53,370 bases of DNA from Acidobacteriota bacterium (lineage in GTDB: Bacteria; Acidobacteriota; JAAYUB01; JAMOQF01): assembly GCA_027064125.1 (NCBI GenBank), contig JAMOQF010000065.1, positions 1 through 53,370 of the forward strand, written 5' to 3'. Position 1 is the stretch's first letter; each line of letters begins with the position of its first letter. The notes below the pieces were generated by a model. The model was not told where the DNA came from. It ran no database searches and saw only the letters and a program-made list of their open reading frames with translations. Below are positions 37,375-48,084 of the stretch, piece by piece. A program made the translations under genes and the position numbers.

Positions 37375-39936
37375 ATGAAAAAAACGGTTCTTTTTTTAAT
37401 TTTAACGACATTTTTAATGGGAGTAATTTTTTCTATGGAAGAAAAGAAAAAAGATAATGAAAACCATATTGAAAAATGGCTTGTGGCAGGTCCGGTGAAG
37501 ATAATTACGCCACCATTTTTAGACACTTATCTGAGGAGTGATTATGTAAAGGAATTGCTTGAGAAGGAAGTTGTGAAAATCGATAGATTTACTCCAGTGG
37601 AGGGAAAGGTATTGACGAATGATGGTGAAAACAGTGTAAAGTGGGAAGTCCTGAAGAAGGGATATAAGTTTTCAGAATCAGCAGATGATTATTTCATCTA
37701 CTATTTTTCCACATATATAAGGGTAAATAGATTTGCAAAACTTGAGTTTAATTTCAAAATAGATAAGCCCTTCAAAGTTTTTCTTGATGGAAAAGATATA
37801 CTTACGGAAAAGAATCCAGGTAAAGATGGCACTAAGAAAAGTGTGGAATTGATAGAGGGAACCCACTGGCTTTTGATTAAGGTCGTTTCAGATGTTAAGT
37901 TTAATTTTTCTGTGACATACAAAAAGGATGAGGAAACAAAGGAAGCAGAAGTTGAATTTTCCACTTCATCTGAAAGGGTTTTGAGCAAATATGAGATTTT
38001 AAATGGCAATAAGGTAAGTGGAGTTGTGGTTTCAGATGATGGAAGATATGTTGCCTATGAGATTTCCCACATGGATACCTGTGGAAAAACTCACTCATTT
38101 TTTGAGATATGGGATTCTGCCGTTAAAAGAGTGATTTTTAAGTCTCCAGAAGATTTAAATGTTAAGAAATTTTTGTGGGTAAGTGGTAGAAATGGATTTT
38201 TGCTTCAGGTAAAAAGTGGAAGTAAAAATTCAATATATTTTTTAGATATTAAAGCACTTAAGAGTAAGAAATTATTGGGACCTGAAAAGGATGTAAATCT
38301 TTATGGAGCCTCACCAGATGGAAGATATTTTGTCTATTCAAGATTTATAAAGGTCAAGGATTACAAAGATGGATATAAATATTTTAGAAGCCTTGAGGAT
38401 AGACAACTGGGAAGCAGGAATAAAAGGACCGTATATCTATATTTTTTTGATGGAGGAAAAAATTTCCCCATTCTTTTCAATACAGAAAAGATAAATTTGC
38501 TTGATATAAGTGAAGATGGCAAAAAGTTACTTTTTGGAAAGGAAGTTATTGATTATAAGAAAAGGCCCTATGTTTTTTTTGAATATTATATTTATTCCCT
38601 TAAAGAAGGAAAACTTGAAAAGGTACTTGAAAATCAATGGATATATAGTGCAACCTTTTCCCCCGATGGAGAAAAACTTGCCCTTATGACTTCTCCTTCT
38701 GCATTTAATAATCTCTGCCTCAATCTTAAGGATAAGGGGAAAATTCCAAATGACTACGATAATCAACTTGTAATATATGATTTAAAAAGCAAAAGGGCAA
38801 TTTGTTCGTCAAAAAATTTTTATCCTTCCCTTATTGCTATGAATTGGGTGAAGGATGATATGATTTTACTTAAGGTAAATGACACGGTATATGACAACCT
38901 CTACATCTACAATCCAGTAAAAAAGGAGTTTAAAAAATTAAGTACTGAGGTTGATGTTGTGAGGGATTTTGGGGTGAGTAGAGATGGAAGATATGTTGCG
39001 TACAGTGGCGTTAAGGTGCAGAAGCCTGAGGCAATCTATTTTTACAATGTTTTGACTGATAAAAATATTTTGATAGAAGATGTGAATGAAAATCTTCTTA
39101 GGAATGTTAAATTGGGGAAACTGGAAGATTTTTCCTTCATTGATAAAGATGGATATCAGATAGTTGGCAGAATTTACTATCCACCATATTTTGATTCACA
39201 TAAGAAATATCCTGCAATTATCTACTACTATGGTGGTACCCTTCCAATAGAAAGGGATTTTGGGGGTAGATATCCAAAAAATTGGTGGGCTGCAAGGGGA
39301 TATGTGGTCTATGTCCTTCAACCCAGAGGAACAGTTGGTTTTGGTCAGGAGTTTTCTGCCTTTCATGTAAATGATTGGGGAACAAAGGCAGGTGAAGATA
39401 TTATAGAAGGAACTAAAAAGTTTTTAAAATCGCATCCATTTGTAGATCCCAAAAGAGTTGGAATAATAGGTGCGTCTTATGGTGGATTTATGACAATGAG
39501 TCTTTTAACCAGGACCGATATGTATGCCGCTGCAGTTTCCCATGCTGGAATAAGCGATTTGACCCACTACTGGGGAGAGGGATATTGGGGATATACATAT
39601 TCTTCAGTTGCCACTGCAAATAGTTTTCCCTGGAACAGGAAGGATATCTATGTGGGAAAAAGCCCGGTTTATGGTGCAGATAAAATAAAGACCCCCCTTC
39701 TTTTACTTCAGGGAACAGATGATACAAATGTACCAACTGGTGAGAGCGATATTATGTTTACTGCACTGAAACTTTTAGGGGTACCCACAGCACTTGTTAA
39801 GTTTAAAGGAGAGAATCACTGGATTTTAGAGTATAAACACAGGGTGAAGTGGATGGACACCATCATTGCCTGGTTTGACAAGTGGCTTAAGAGTGAACCT
39901 CAAATGTGGGAAAGCATGTACCCTGAAAAGAAGTAG
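37375..39936 (+). CDS. S9 family (acylaminoacyl/prolyl oligo) peptidase
   Basis: Signal peptide, propeller repeats, YYYGG, GASYGG, DTNV, ENHWI. Confidence 0.92.
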   Translation: MKKTVLFLILTTFLMGVIFSMEEKKKDNENHIEKWLVAGPVKIITPPFLDTYLRSDYVKELLEKEVVKIDRFTPVEGKVLTNDGENSVKWEVLKKGYKFSESADDYFIYYFSTYIRVNRFAKLEFNFKIDKPFKVFLDGKDILTEKNPGKDGTKKSVELIEGTHWLLIKVVSDVKFNFSVTYKKDEETKEAEVEFSTSSERVLSKYEILNGNKVSGVVVSDDGRYVAYEISHMDTCGKTHSFFEIWDSAVKRVIFKSPEDLNVKKFLWVSGRNGFLLQVKSGSKNSIYFLDIKALKSKKLLGPEKDVNLYGASPDGRYFVYSRFIKVKDYKDGYKYFRSLEDRQLGSRNKRTVYLYFFDGGKNFPILFNTEKINLLDISEDGKKLLFGKEVIDYKKRPYVFFEYYIYSLKEGKLEKVLENQWIYSATFSPDGEKLALMTSPSAFNNLCLNLKDKGKIPNDYDNQLVIYDLKSKRAICSSKNFYPSLIAMNWVKDDMILLKVNDTVYDNLYIYNPVKKEFKKLSTEVDVVRDFGVSRDGRYVAYSGVKVQKPEAIYFYNVLTDKNILIEDVNENLLRNVKLGKLEDFSFIDKDGYQIVGRIYYPPYFDSHKKYPAIIYYYGGTLPIERDFGGRYPKNWWAARGYVVYVLQPRGTVGFGQEFSAFHVNDWGTKAGEDIIEGTKKFLKSHPFVDPKRVGIIGASYGGFMTMSLLTRTDMYAAAVSHAGISDLTHYWGEGYWGYTYSSVATANSFPWNRKDIYVGKSPVYGADKIKTPLLLLQGTDDTNVPTGESDIMFTALKLLGVPTALVKFKGENHWILEYKHRVKWMDTIIAWFDKWLKSEPQMWESMYPEKK

Positions 39937-39956
39937 TGATTGATTTTTTAAAAAGA

Positions 39957-40034
39957 TGGCGGGGCCGACGAGACTCGAACTCGCGACCTCCGGCGTGACA
40001 GGCCGGCGTTCTAACCATCCTGAACTACGACCCC
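39957..40034 (-). tRNA. tRNA-Asp (GTC)
   Basis: Reverse complement GGGGTCGTAGTTCAGG...CCGGC-CTGTCAC-GCCGG...GTTCGAGT...CGGCCCCGCCA. Confidence 0.97.
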
Positions 40035-40047
40035 GCAAGAACTTAAG

Positions 40048-40123
40048 TGGTGGGCGGTACAGGGCTCGAACCTGTGACCTCCGGTTTGTAAGACCGATGC
40101 TCTCCCAGCTGAGCTAACCGCCC
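40048..40123 (-). tRNA. tRNA-Val (TAC)
   Basis: Reverse complement GGGCGGTTAGCTCAG...TCGGT-CTTACAA-ACCGG...GGTTCGAGCCC...ACCGCCCACCA. Confidence 0.97.
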
Positions 40124-40146
40124 ATATTAACCTCAAAGAGTTAAGA

Positions 40147-40175
40147 AATATAATCTACAATTTTATGCTTGTCAA
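40147..40175 (-). promoter_or_regulatory. Sigma70 promoter of the tRNA-Val/tRNA-Asp pair
   Basis: TTGACA-N17-TATATT on the minus strand. Confidence 0.75.
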
Positions 40176-40271
40176 GATTTTTTTTATTTTTTTGTGTATG
40201 TTGTTCTAATGTTGTTATTAATGCCATTTTTTGTAGTATAATCTCTATTTTTGGAATAGGAGGAATTATTT

Positions 40272-41210
40272 ATGGAGAGGGATCTGGCCATTGAAGTCCT
40301 CGATGTTGAAAAGAGTTTTGGAGATGTTAAAGCCCTTGATGGAATAACATTTTCCATAGAAAGGGGAGAAATATTTGGACTTCTGGGACCAAATGGTGCT
40401 GGTAAGACCACTACAATCAGAACCATTCTGGGGATAATTTTACCCGATAGTGGAGAAATTAGGGTAAATGGAGAGAGGTTTTCAAGTAAGATGAGGGATA
40501 TCTTTGGGTATTTACCAGAGGAAAGGGGACTTTATAGAAAGATGAGGGTGGGAGATTTGATTTTATTTTTTGGTAGATCAAAAGGATTTTTTTCAAGGGA
40601 ACTCCACGAAAAGATAGATTTTTGGCTTAAAAAGATGGAACTTTTTGAGTATAAGAACAAAAAGATTGAGGAACTTTCAAAGGGGATGCAGCAAAAGATA
40701 CAGTTTGTAATTACTGTTATAAGTAATCCTGATATAATAATTTTAGATGAACCTTTTTCTGGACTTGACCCCATAAATAGGGATCTCTTTAAAGAGATAA
40801 TTCTGGATTTAAATGGAGAGGGAAAGACAATAATTTACTCCACCCACAATATGGAGGAGGCGGAAAAATTGAGTAATTCAATTTGCCTCATAAATAGGGG
40901 TAAGGTGTTGATTTTTGGGAAGTTAGGTGAGGTTAAAGAAAAATATGGAACAAATAGCATAGTTGTGGAAAGTGAAGATGATATATCCTTTTTAAGAGAT
41001 TATGATTTTTTCAGTGAGGTGGACATATACAAAAATTATGCTGAATTTACATTGAAAGAAGGTGTAAAACCCATAGAGATCTTGAAGATTTTTACCGAAA
41101 AGGGAATTAACTTGAAGAAATTTCAGGTTCTTGAGCCTTCTTTGAGGAGAATTTTTGTATCAAGTGTGAAGGAGGAAGAAAGGAGGGCAGAAGGTGTTCT
41201 GGAAAATTAG
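40272..41210 (+). CDS. ABC-2 type exporter ATP-binding protein (NatA/YhaQ-like)
   Basis: GPNGAGKTT, GYLPEERGLY, LSKGMQQK, ILDEPFSGLDP. Confidence 0.95.
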   Translation: MERDLAIEVLDVEKSFGDVKALDGITFSIERGEIFGLLGPNGAGKTTTIRTILGIILPDSGEIRVNGERFSSKMRDIFGYLPEERGLYRKMRVGDLILFFGRSKGFFSRELHEKIDFWLKKMELFEYKNKKIEELSKGMQQKIQFVITVISNPDIIILDEPFSGLDPINRDLFKEIILDLNGEGKTIIYSTHNMEEAEKLSNSICLINRGKVLIFGKLGEVKEKYGTNSIVVESEDDISFLRDYDFFSEVDIYKNYAEFTLKEGVKPIEILKIFTEKGINLKKFQVLEPSLRRIFVSSVKEEERRAEGVLEN

Positions 41211-42447
41211 AGAGGTTTTAAGAAGGGAATATATTGAAAGGGTTAGAAAAAAAAGTTTCTGGATTTCTACTTTTGTGTTGCCACTTCTTTTTTTGCTTTT
41301 TACCTTTTTACCCCTTTTTCTGGGAACTGTTTCAGGTCCAAAGGTTTATAAGATAGGAATTGTGGATGAAGATGGTTATGTTAAGGAGAAACTCACCTCT
41401 GAAAAAAAGGGTGATAAAGGTAAGTTGAGGTTTTTTTTGACAGATAAAAGTGAAATTTCTAAACTAAAAAAAGATGTTTTGAATAAAAAAATAACGGGAT
41501 ATATAGTAATTCCCCATGAATTTGAAAGTAAAGGTATATCCTTTTATACGTTAAATACCAATAATGTGAAACTTATTAAAAGTATTGCTGAAAAATTCAG
41601 AGAATTTGCGGTTTCAAAAAGATTGAAAAAGATGAATCTTAATTTAACTTCTGATGAGATGAAAAAGATAATAGAAGGGGTTAAGGTAGAAACCTTTAAG
41701 GTTAAGAAAAAGGGTAAGGCGGAGAAGAGCAATTTTGGAATTTCCTTTCTGGTTGTCTTTTCTTTTATCTTTATTCTTTATATGATTTTGATCATGTATG
41801 GGGCCATAAGTATGAGGGGGGTTATTGAGGAAAAGTCCAGCAGGATAATGGAAGTTTTACTTTCCATGTATTCTCCCTTTGAACTCATGATGGGGAAGTT
41901 ACTTGGGATTGGTTTTGTGGGACTTACACAGATAGTTGTGTATATGATTTTTGCCGGAATTATAGGATTTTTTGCAGCAGTTCAGGCTGTTTTAATTTTG
42001 CCTCAGATTGCGGAAGTCTTCAAAAATTTTAATTTTTCAATTTTTATCTACTATATAGTTTTCTTCCTTCTTGGATATTTCATGTATACTTCAATGTTTC
42101 TGGGAATAGGATCTTTATGTTCCACGGAGGAGGATGCCCAAAATATTCAGGCCCCGGTCGTGTTTTTAATAGTTATACCCTTTGTGAGTACAATATATCT
42201 CATTCAAAACCCGGATTCCCTTGTGTCTGTGATTTTTTCATTTATTCCCTTTTTCTCTCCAATGGTAATGTTTATGAGGATTGCCACCACCTCACCCCCT
42301 TTTTGGCAGGTGCTTCTATCAATAGTTATTACTGCCTTGTTTACAATATTTAGCGTTAAACTGAGTGCTAAAATTTTTAGGATAGGGGTTTTGATGTATG
42401 GTAAAAGACCTTCCTTCAAGGAAATTTTTAGATGGATGAGGGAGTAA
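41194..42447 (+). CDS. ABC-2 type permease (NatB/YhaP-like)
   Basis: REY..RVR.KSF, VIEEKSSRIMEVLLS, GK..G, FR.GVLMYGK. Confidence 0.92.
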   Translation: MFWKIREVLRREYIERVRKKSFWISTFVLPLLFLLFTFLPLFLGTVSGPKVYKIGIVDEDGYVKEKLTSEKKGDKGKLRFFLTDKSEISKLKKDVLNKKITGYIVIPHEFESKGISFYTLNTNNVKLIKSIAEKFREFAVSKRLKKMNLNLTSDEMKKIIEGVKVETFKVKKKGKAEKSNFGISFLVVFSFIFILYMILIMYGAISMRGVIEEKSSRIMEVLLSMYSPFELMMGKLLGIGFVGLTQIVVYMIFAGIIGFFAAVQAVLILPQIAEVFKNFNFSIFIYYIVFFLLGYFMYTSMFLGIGSLCSTEEDAQNIQAPVVFLIVIPFVSTIYLIQNPDSLVSVIFSFIPFFSPMVMFMRIATTSPPFWQVLLSIVITALFTIFSVKLSAKIFRIGVLMYGKRPSFKEIFRWMRE

Positions 42448-42450
42448 TAG

Positions 42451-42918
42451 ATGCCAAAAAATGAAGGAATAAAAATAGTAACTAAAAATAAAAAGGCATA
42501 TCATGACTATGATATCCTTGAGACCTTTGAGGCTGGAATTGTCCTGACGGGTACAGAGGTTAAATCCATAAGGGAGGGAAGGATAAATTTAAAGGATTCA
42601 TATGCCAGAATAAAGAAGGGAGAAGTTTACCTAATGGAATGCCACATAAGTCCCTACCCCCATGGCGGTAGGTTTAACCATGAACCAACCAGAGAAAGAA
42701 AACTTCTGTTAAAAAAAAGGGAAATAAAACGTTTGATTGGTAAAATAAAGGAAAAGGGGATGACTCTTGTCCCTTTAAAGGTTTATTTCAAAAGGGGATT
42801 GGTTAAAGTGGAACTTGGACTGTGTAAGGGGAGGAAACTTCACGACAAACGTGCTGCAGAGCAGGAAAAAACCATAAAAAGGGAAATAGATGCGGCCCTT
42901 AAAAAATATAAATATTAG
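42451..42918 (+). CDS. smpB: SsrA-binding protein
   Basis: NKKAYHDY, EAGIVLTGTEVKSIR, RKLLL, GRKLHDKR. Confidence 0.98.
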   Translation: MPKNEGIKIVTKNKKAYHDYDILETFEAGIVLTGTEVKSIREGRINLKDSYARIKKGEVYLMECHISPYPHGGRFNHEPTRERKLLLKKREIKRLIGKIKEKGMTLVPLKVYFKRGLVKVELGLCKGRKLHDKRAAEQEKTIKREIDAALKKYKY

Positions 42919-42926
42919 GAGGGTAC

Positions 42927-44363
42927 ATGTCAATTACAGTTAAGTTTTCAAAGAAAGAAAATGGATTTCCACGGGTTAAATTTGTTTTTAAAGAAGATTT
43001 AAAGAGAGGGAGAATTAATGGATTTGATACTGGAAAAATTTTCAAAGGCTCCGAGTTTAAGGGAGATTTATTCCAGTTCTTCCCCTTGAGAATTAGTGAA
43101 GAAAGAACATATTTTTTACTTATGGGAGGTGGAGAAAGGGCAAAGTTTAACGGAGATAGTGCCTTTAAGGCTGGCTCGTTTCTTACAATTAAATTGAAGG
43201 AACTTGGCTTTAGAAATGTGGAACTCATGGTTGATTTTTTGGAAAGAGATGAAAAATTGGTTCTGGAATTCTTTTCAGGGATTTTTTATGGAGATTATGA
43301 AAATGATTTTTTTAAGTCTCAAAAAAAAGAAAATAATTTAACCGTTTATATTGCAAGTTCCTCACATGATAAAGTTTTTAGAAAATTAATTGATGTATCC
43401 AGGAAGATAGGTGTAAATGTGAATTTATGCAGGGAATTTGTTGATTTACCAGCGAATCATATTAATCCCATAACCTTTGTGGATAGGGTTAAGAAACTCT
43501 TAAAAGGAAGTGATGTAAAGGTAGATCTCTTGAGATTGAAAGAAATTGAAAAATACAATCTCAACTTAATAAAAGCCGTTTCAGGTGGAAGTTTTGTTGA
43601 ACCACGCCTTTTAATCCTTGAGTATAAAAATTCAAAGGATAGGCCCATTGCCTTTATTGGAAAGGGGGTCACTTTTGACAGTGGAGGATTAAATTTAAAG
43701 CCCACAGCCCATATTGAGGATATGAAGACGGATATGGCAGGAGGTGCAGTTGTATTTTCACTGATAAAACTTTTGAGTGAACTGAAGGTAAAGGCAAATG
43801 TGATTGGGATAATTCCCCTTGTTGAAAATCTACCCGGAAATCAAGCCACAAAACCTGGAGATGTCTTTATTTCCCATTCTGGTAAGAGTGTTGAAATATT
43901 AAATACCGATGCAGAGGGAAGGCTCATCCTTGCCGATGGTATTGGGTTTTCAAAAAGATTTAATCCCTCAATGATTGTTTCAATAGCCACTCTTACTGGA
44001 AGTGCTGTTGTGGCTCTCGGGACTTTGAGATGTGCCATCTTTTCTAAAAATGAGGATGTTATAGATATTTTCAAAAGGGTTGGAGATGAGATAGGAGAAA
44101 AACTCTGGCCCCTTCCCATGGATGACGAGTATGGAGAAGAGTTAAAGAGTGATATTGCAGATATTAAAAATATTGGTTCCTCAAGGTTTGGTGGTGCCAT
44201 TTTGGGGGCTAAGTTTCTGGAAAATTTTTCTGAAGACACCCCATTTGTGCACCTTGATATTGCAGGTGTCTCCGATTTAAAAAGTAAGAAGCCCTATGCC
44301 CCAAAGGGAGGAACGGGGTTTGGTGTAAGACTTCTATATAATTTTATGAGGGAATATAAATGA
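42927..44363 (+). CDS. pepA: Leucyl aminopeptidase (M17)
   Basis: GKGVTFDSGG, MKTDMAG, NTDAEGRL.LAD, ATLTG, HLDIAG. Confidence 0.95.
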   Translation: MSITVKFSKKENGFPRVKFVFKEDLKRGRINGFDTGKIFKGSEFKGDLFQFFPLRISEERTYFLLMGGGERAKFNGDSAFKAGSFLTIKLKELGFRNVELMVDFLERDEKLVLEFFSGIFYGDYENDFFKSQKKENNLTVYIASSSHDKVFRKLIDVSRKIGVNVNLCREFVDLPANHINPITFVDRVKKLLKGSDVKVDLLRLKEIEKYNLNLIKAVSGGSFVEPRLLILEYKNSKDRPIAFIGKGVTFDSGGLNLKPTAHIEDMKTDMAGGAVVFSLIKLLSELKVKANVIGIIPLVENLPGNQATKPGDVFISHSGKSVEILNTDAEGRLILADGIGFSKRFNPSMIVSIATLTGSAVVALGTLRCAIFSKNEDVIDIFKRVGDEIGEKLWPLPMDDEYGEELKSDIADIKNIGSSRFGGAILGAKFLENFSEDTPFVHLDIAGVSDLKSKKPYAPKGGTGFGVRLLYNFMREYK

Positions 44364-45064
44364 GGAAGTTTTTTATTCTACTGACATTTATTCTGATTTC
44401 TTCATTTATCTTTTCTGAAGAGATATTGCTTGAGGATTCTGGAAAGTTTGGAATTTATCTGAAAAATATTAAAGTGGGTTGGGAGAAATTTGATATTTCA
44501 ATTGCAACTGGTGGTGGAAAGATTTCAACTGAATCTCAATATAAAATAATTGAGGGGGGAAAAAATATCTCTGTAAGTTTAAAAAGTTCCCTCTATTTTG
44601 ATGGAAAATTGCAACCTGTTACATATACTATAATTAGTTCTTCCAGTGATCTTTCGGGAAGTATTTCAGTTTCCTTTAAGCCAAAATTGGGAATAGTGAA
44701 TTACAATATACCGGGAATTCACAAAAAAGAAGATGGAGTGATTTTGCCAGAAAGGGTGGTTGTTGTGGATCAAAATGTATTTTCCCACCTCATTTTACCA
44801 ATATTTTATAAGGAACTGTTTTTAAAGGATAAGGGAAAGTTTGTAAATGTATTTGTTCCCCAACTTGCACTTGATGGGGTTGGAAAGATAAGGGTTACAT
44901 ATAGCGATAAGGAAAAAATCTTTTATCAAAATGGGAAAGTAAGGGTTAAAAAGTACATTTTACTTTCTAAGGAATCGGAAATTCTGGTGTATATCGATGG
45001 GTTTAATAGGATATTAAAAATTGTTGACAGTAAAAAAAGAGCAGAGATTATAAGGGAGGAATAA
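44360..45064 (+). CDS. Hypothetical exported beta-rich protein
   Basis: Signal peptide; ATGA-coupled in operon. Confidence 0.65.
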   Translation: MRKFFILLTFILISSFIFSEEILLEDSGKFGIYLKNIKVGWEKFDISIATGGGKISTESQYKIIEGGKNISVSLKSSLYFDGKLQPVTYTIISSSSDLSGSISVSFKPKLGIVNYNIPGIHKKEDGVILPERVVVVDQNVFSHLILPIFYKELFLKDKGKFVNVFVPQLALDGVGKIRVTYSDKEKIFYQNGKVRVKKYILLSKESEILVYIDGFNRILKIVDSKKRAEIIREE

Positions 45065-45065
45065 A

Positions 45066-45485
45066 ATGAGTGTAAAGACCTTTGAATTTACTGTAAATAC
45101 AAAGGGGTTTTGCCATGTGATGGACATAACTCCTGAGATAAATGGATTTTTGAGGGATTCTGGCATCAAAAATGGGATATTGACAGTTTTTGTCCCTGGA
45201 TCCACCGCTGGAATTACCACCATAGAATATGAAAGTGGTGTTATATCCGATCTATGTAAGGCAATAGAAAGATTGGTTCCTTCAAACATTGAGTATGAGC
45301 ACAATTTGAGATGGGGAGATGGAAATGGTTTCAGCCATGTGAGGGCTTCACTTATGGGACCCTCCCTTTCTATTCCTGTTAAAAATGGTTCTTTAATGGT
45401 TGGCACCTGGCAGCAGGTGGTTTTGTGTGATTTTGACAATAGGGGTAGGAGGAGAAGGATTGTTGTACAGATTGTCGGTGAATAG
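45066..45485 (+). CDS. YjbQ / UPF0047 family protein
   Basis: GSTAGITTIEYE, YEH...DGNGFSHVRASL.G, GTWQQV. Confidence 0.92.
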   Translation: MSVKTFEFTVNTKGFCHVMDITPEINGFLRDSGIKNGILTVFVPGSTAGITTIEYESGVISDLCKAIERLVPSNIEYEHNLRWGDGNGFSHVRASLMGPSLSIPVKNGSLMVGTWQQVVLCDFDNRGRRRRIVVQIVGE

Positions 45486-46965
45486 GTCTGTTTTACTTTT
45501 AATTTTGATATTATTTTCCTTTAGTTTTTCATTCCCAATTGTGGGAAAGGTCGTAAGTGATGGGGGAAAGTTTTTCTTTATAACCCAGAATAAGAGATAT
45601 GAAATTGGAATGTCAAGGTGGGATGCGGTAAAGTATGAGGGCCTGACCCTCGATGTGGAAGATCCGAAGATTTCAGGTGATAGAATTTTTTTCAGTAAAT
45701 ATAGAATTTTGAAAGATGCCTCTTTAAGTGGTCTTTCTTCCTCTTTTAAGGAGATATTGTCTGAGAAATTAAAGAAGATAGACCTTGATTTTAATGTATA
45801 TGTGGAAAAAAATTTCCTATATTTTTCACTGCTTGTAATAAATAGTTCGCAGGGTGCCATTAAGTTAAAATTTCCCTCTTCTCAGGAGGTTGACTTTGTT
45901 GTAATGGACTCTGAATTAAAAAAAACCATCTGGAGATGGTCCTGGGGAAAAAAATTTAAGGTTGGCTATGTAAATGAGATTTTGTTGCCAAAGGGGCAAC
46001 TTAGATTTTATGCCCGCTGGAATTTTGAAAAAAGTTATATTGAAGATGGAGAATATAAAGTTTTTGCTGAACTACACGCCCTTCCCCATGGTTTTATTTC
46101 AGAGGTGAAATCCATAATTTTAAAAACCCCTTCAACCTATTATGAAATAGAAGAGAGTTTTATTCCCCTTGGGGTAAATTATGTCTGGAAATATAGGGGG
46201 AAAGGTGGTGGGGAAATCTTAATGAGGGTGACTGGAACTTCAGAGATATCCGGCAGGAAATATTTTGTGGTGGATAATTTTCCAGATGGTAAAAATAGGG
46301 ATGGGAGTAGATTTATAAGATTTAATCCGGATGTTAAAAACTTTGTGGAGTATGTGTGTGGGGTGGGGGAAGTCCCCCTTTTTGGAGGGAAATTTAAGGT
46401 AATAGAGAGTGAGAAGGGGGGAGTGTATGAGTTCTTGAAATTTAATGGTAGGGGATGGAACAAAAAATATGAATTTAAAAGGGGTATAGGTATAGTTAAG
46501 GCCTTTTTAAGTGGAGATGTGTACAGACTTGAAAGTGTAGATTTTAATGTGGGAGAGTTTAAGAAAGGTACTGGTGAAAATGTATCTTCTGATGTCAATT
46601 ATAATTTATTTTTAAAGGAAGAGGGTGGGTATGAGAAAAAAGATGTCTACTATAGTTTATGGGGAAATGGCACCATTGTGGTCATGAAGGGGAATAGACT
46701 AATTTTTCAGGGAAGGATTAGAAGAGATAAATTCTTGGTTTTAATTAAAAAAATTTTTGAGATGGGATTTCTGGAATTAAAAGACTATTATGGTAAAAAC
46801 TCTGTCCCCTTTCCCCTTGTAGTTGAAATTGGAATTAGTGGAAAGAAGAAAAAAAGGGTTCTCGTTAAAACGAGTAAAAGTGACAAACCGCCCATTTCCT
46901 TCTGGGATATTCTTGATCTGATAAAAAAATTTATAAAAGAGGAAAGCGGATATAATGAAAAGTAA
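45478..46965 (+). CDS. Exported multidomain protein with BsuPI-like (proteinase inhibitor) domain
   Basis: GTG 45478 gives a signal peptide; FPSSQEVDFVV...IWRWS.GKKF resembles the BsuPI motif. Confidence 0.55.
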   Translation: MNRSVLLLILILFSFSFSFPIVGKVVSDGGKFFFITQNKRYEIGMSRWDAVKYEGLTLDVEDPKISGDRIFFSKYRILKDASLSGLSSSFKEILSEKLKKIDLDFNVYVEKNFLYFSLLVINSSQGAIKLKFPSSQEVDFVVMDSELKKTIWRWSWGKKFKVGYVNEILLPKGQLRFYARWNFEKSYIEDGEYKVFAELHALPHGFISEVKSIILKTPSTYYEIEESFIPLGVNYVWKYRGKGGGEILMRVTGTSEISGRKYFVVDNFPDGKNRDGSRFIRFNPDVKNFVEYVCGVGEVPLFGGKFKVIESEKGGVYEFLKFNGRGWNKKYEFKRGIGIVKAFLSGDVYRLESVDFNVGEFKKGTGENVSSDVNYNLFLKEEGGYEKKDVYYSLWGNGTIVVMKGNRLIFQGRIRRDKFLVLIKKIFEMGFLELKDYYGKNSVPFPLVVEIGISGKKKKRVLVKTSKSDKPPISFWDILDLIKKFIKEESGYNEK

Positions 46966-48004
46966 ATTTTTTCTTATCTCATTACTTTTCTTTTTCTTCT
47001 TTTTCCTGTTTTTAATGGGAAAGGAAAGAAAGGTCAGGGAGAAGATAGCAGTTGTTTCCATAAATGTGGTTGCCACAGATATGAAGGGAAGGCCCATTGG
47101 GAATTTGACGAGTGATGATTTTGAAGTATATGACAACGGTAAAAAGGTTCCCCTTATATTTTTTGAGAAAATTGCCATGCCAAGCAATATTGTCCTGATG
47201 GTCGATTCAAGTGGAAGTTCCTATAAGAGGATTTCAATTGTTAAAGAGAGCATAATAAATTTTCTGGATTCAATTTATCGGGAGAAACCTCAGGATAGGG
47301 TTGCGGTTGTAAATTTTAATGAGGATATAAATTTGCTTGCGGATTTTAAAACATCCCTTCTGGTTAAAAAGGCATTGATTCAAAATAGGATTTATGCAGG
47401 TGGGGCTACTGCCCTATATGATGCGATAGATCTTGTGAGTTCAGAGATACTTTCCAAGATTCCAGGAAGAAAAATAGTTATCATATATACTGACAGCATA
47501 GACAATGAGAGTATATTCCAATTTAAAGATATATTTAAAGAAGCCATTTCCACTGATGCCACATTTTATGTGGTTGTTGTTGATAACAGAAGGGAAGCCC
47601 TTAAAGATGCTGCAGAAAATTTTTATTCTTTAAGGAGAAAACATTATTATGAATATTTGATGTTTAAAAAGGGTATGAAATTAGATGGGATAAAACTTTT
47701 CTGGACTGAAGATATGAGAAATCAATACGATCCAAAGGATGTGCTTGATTTTATCTATAAACTTTCCTTTACGCGGCTTGCAAAACTTGCTGCATACAGT
47801 GGTGGTGAGATATTCAAGGTTAAAAATTACAATCAGATTTCCTCTGTCTATGGAATTATAGCATCGTCAATTCCCTATCACTATACCCTTGGATTTAAGC
47901 CAAATGTTGAGGGCTTAAAAAGGGGTACCTTTAGGAACATTAAGGTGGTTGTAAAGAGAAAGGGAGTCAACTTGAGATATAGAAAGGGGTATTTTGTAAG
48001 GTAA
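46955..48004 (+). CDS. VWA domain protein (Acidobacterial VWFA-related type)
   Basis: VVATD.KGRPI..L...DFEVYDNG, MIDAS DSSGS, TALYDAI, TD..DN.S, YTLGF, R.GY. Confidence 0.9.
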   Translation: MKSKFFLISLLFFFFFFLFLMGKERKVREKIAVVSINVVATDMKGRPIGNLTSDDFEVYDNGKKVPLIFFEKIAMPSNIVLMVDSSGSSYKRISIVKESIINFLDSIYREKPQDRVAVVNFNEDINLLADFKTSLLVKKALIQNRIYAGGATALYDAIDLVSSEILSKIPGRKIVIIYTDSIDNESIFQFKDIFKEAISTDATFYVVVVDNRREALKDAAENFYSLRRKHYYEYLMFKKGMKLDGIKLFWTEDMRNQYDPKDVLDFIYKLSFTRLAKLAAYSGGEIFKVKNYNQISSVYGIIASSIPYHYTLGFKPNVEGLKRGTFRNIKVVVKRKGVNLRYRKGYFVR

Positions 48005-48084
48005 TATGTAGAAAACTATCGAAAATTTTTAATTTCCACCTTTTTAAAACTATTTTTAGAAAATGATAATCTCCAGATTTTTTT

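Noticed and set aside
39957-40123. tRNA-anchored genomic island or prophage
   Set aside because: No integrase and no duplicated tRNA 3' end seen; flanks are ordinary genes. The ORF 39826-40038 is just the tRNA read as protein
42451-42926. tmRNA next to smpB
   Set aside because: No intergenic space; smpB is flanked directly by CDSs
45400-45477. N-terminal extension of the 521-aa ORF
   Set aside because: It overlaps yjbQ; GTG 45478 gives a clean signal peptide and a typical short overlap
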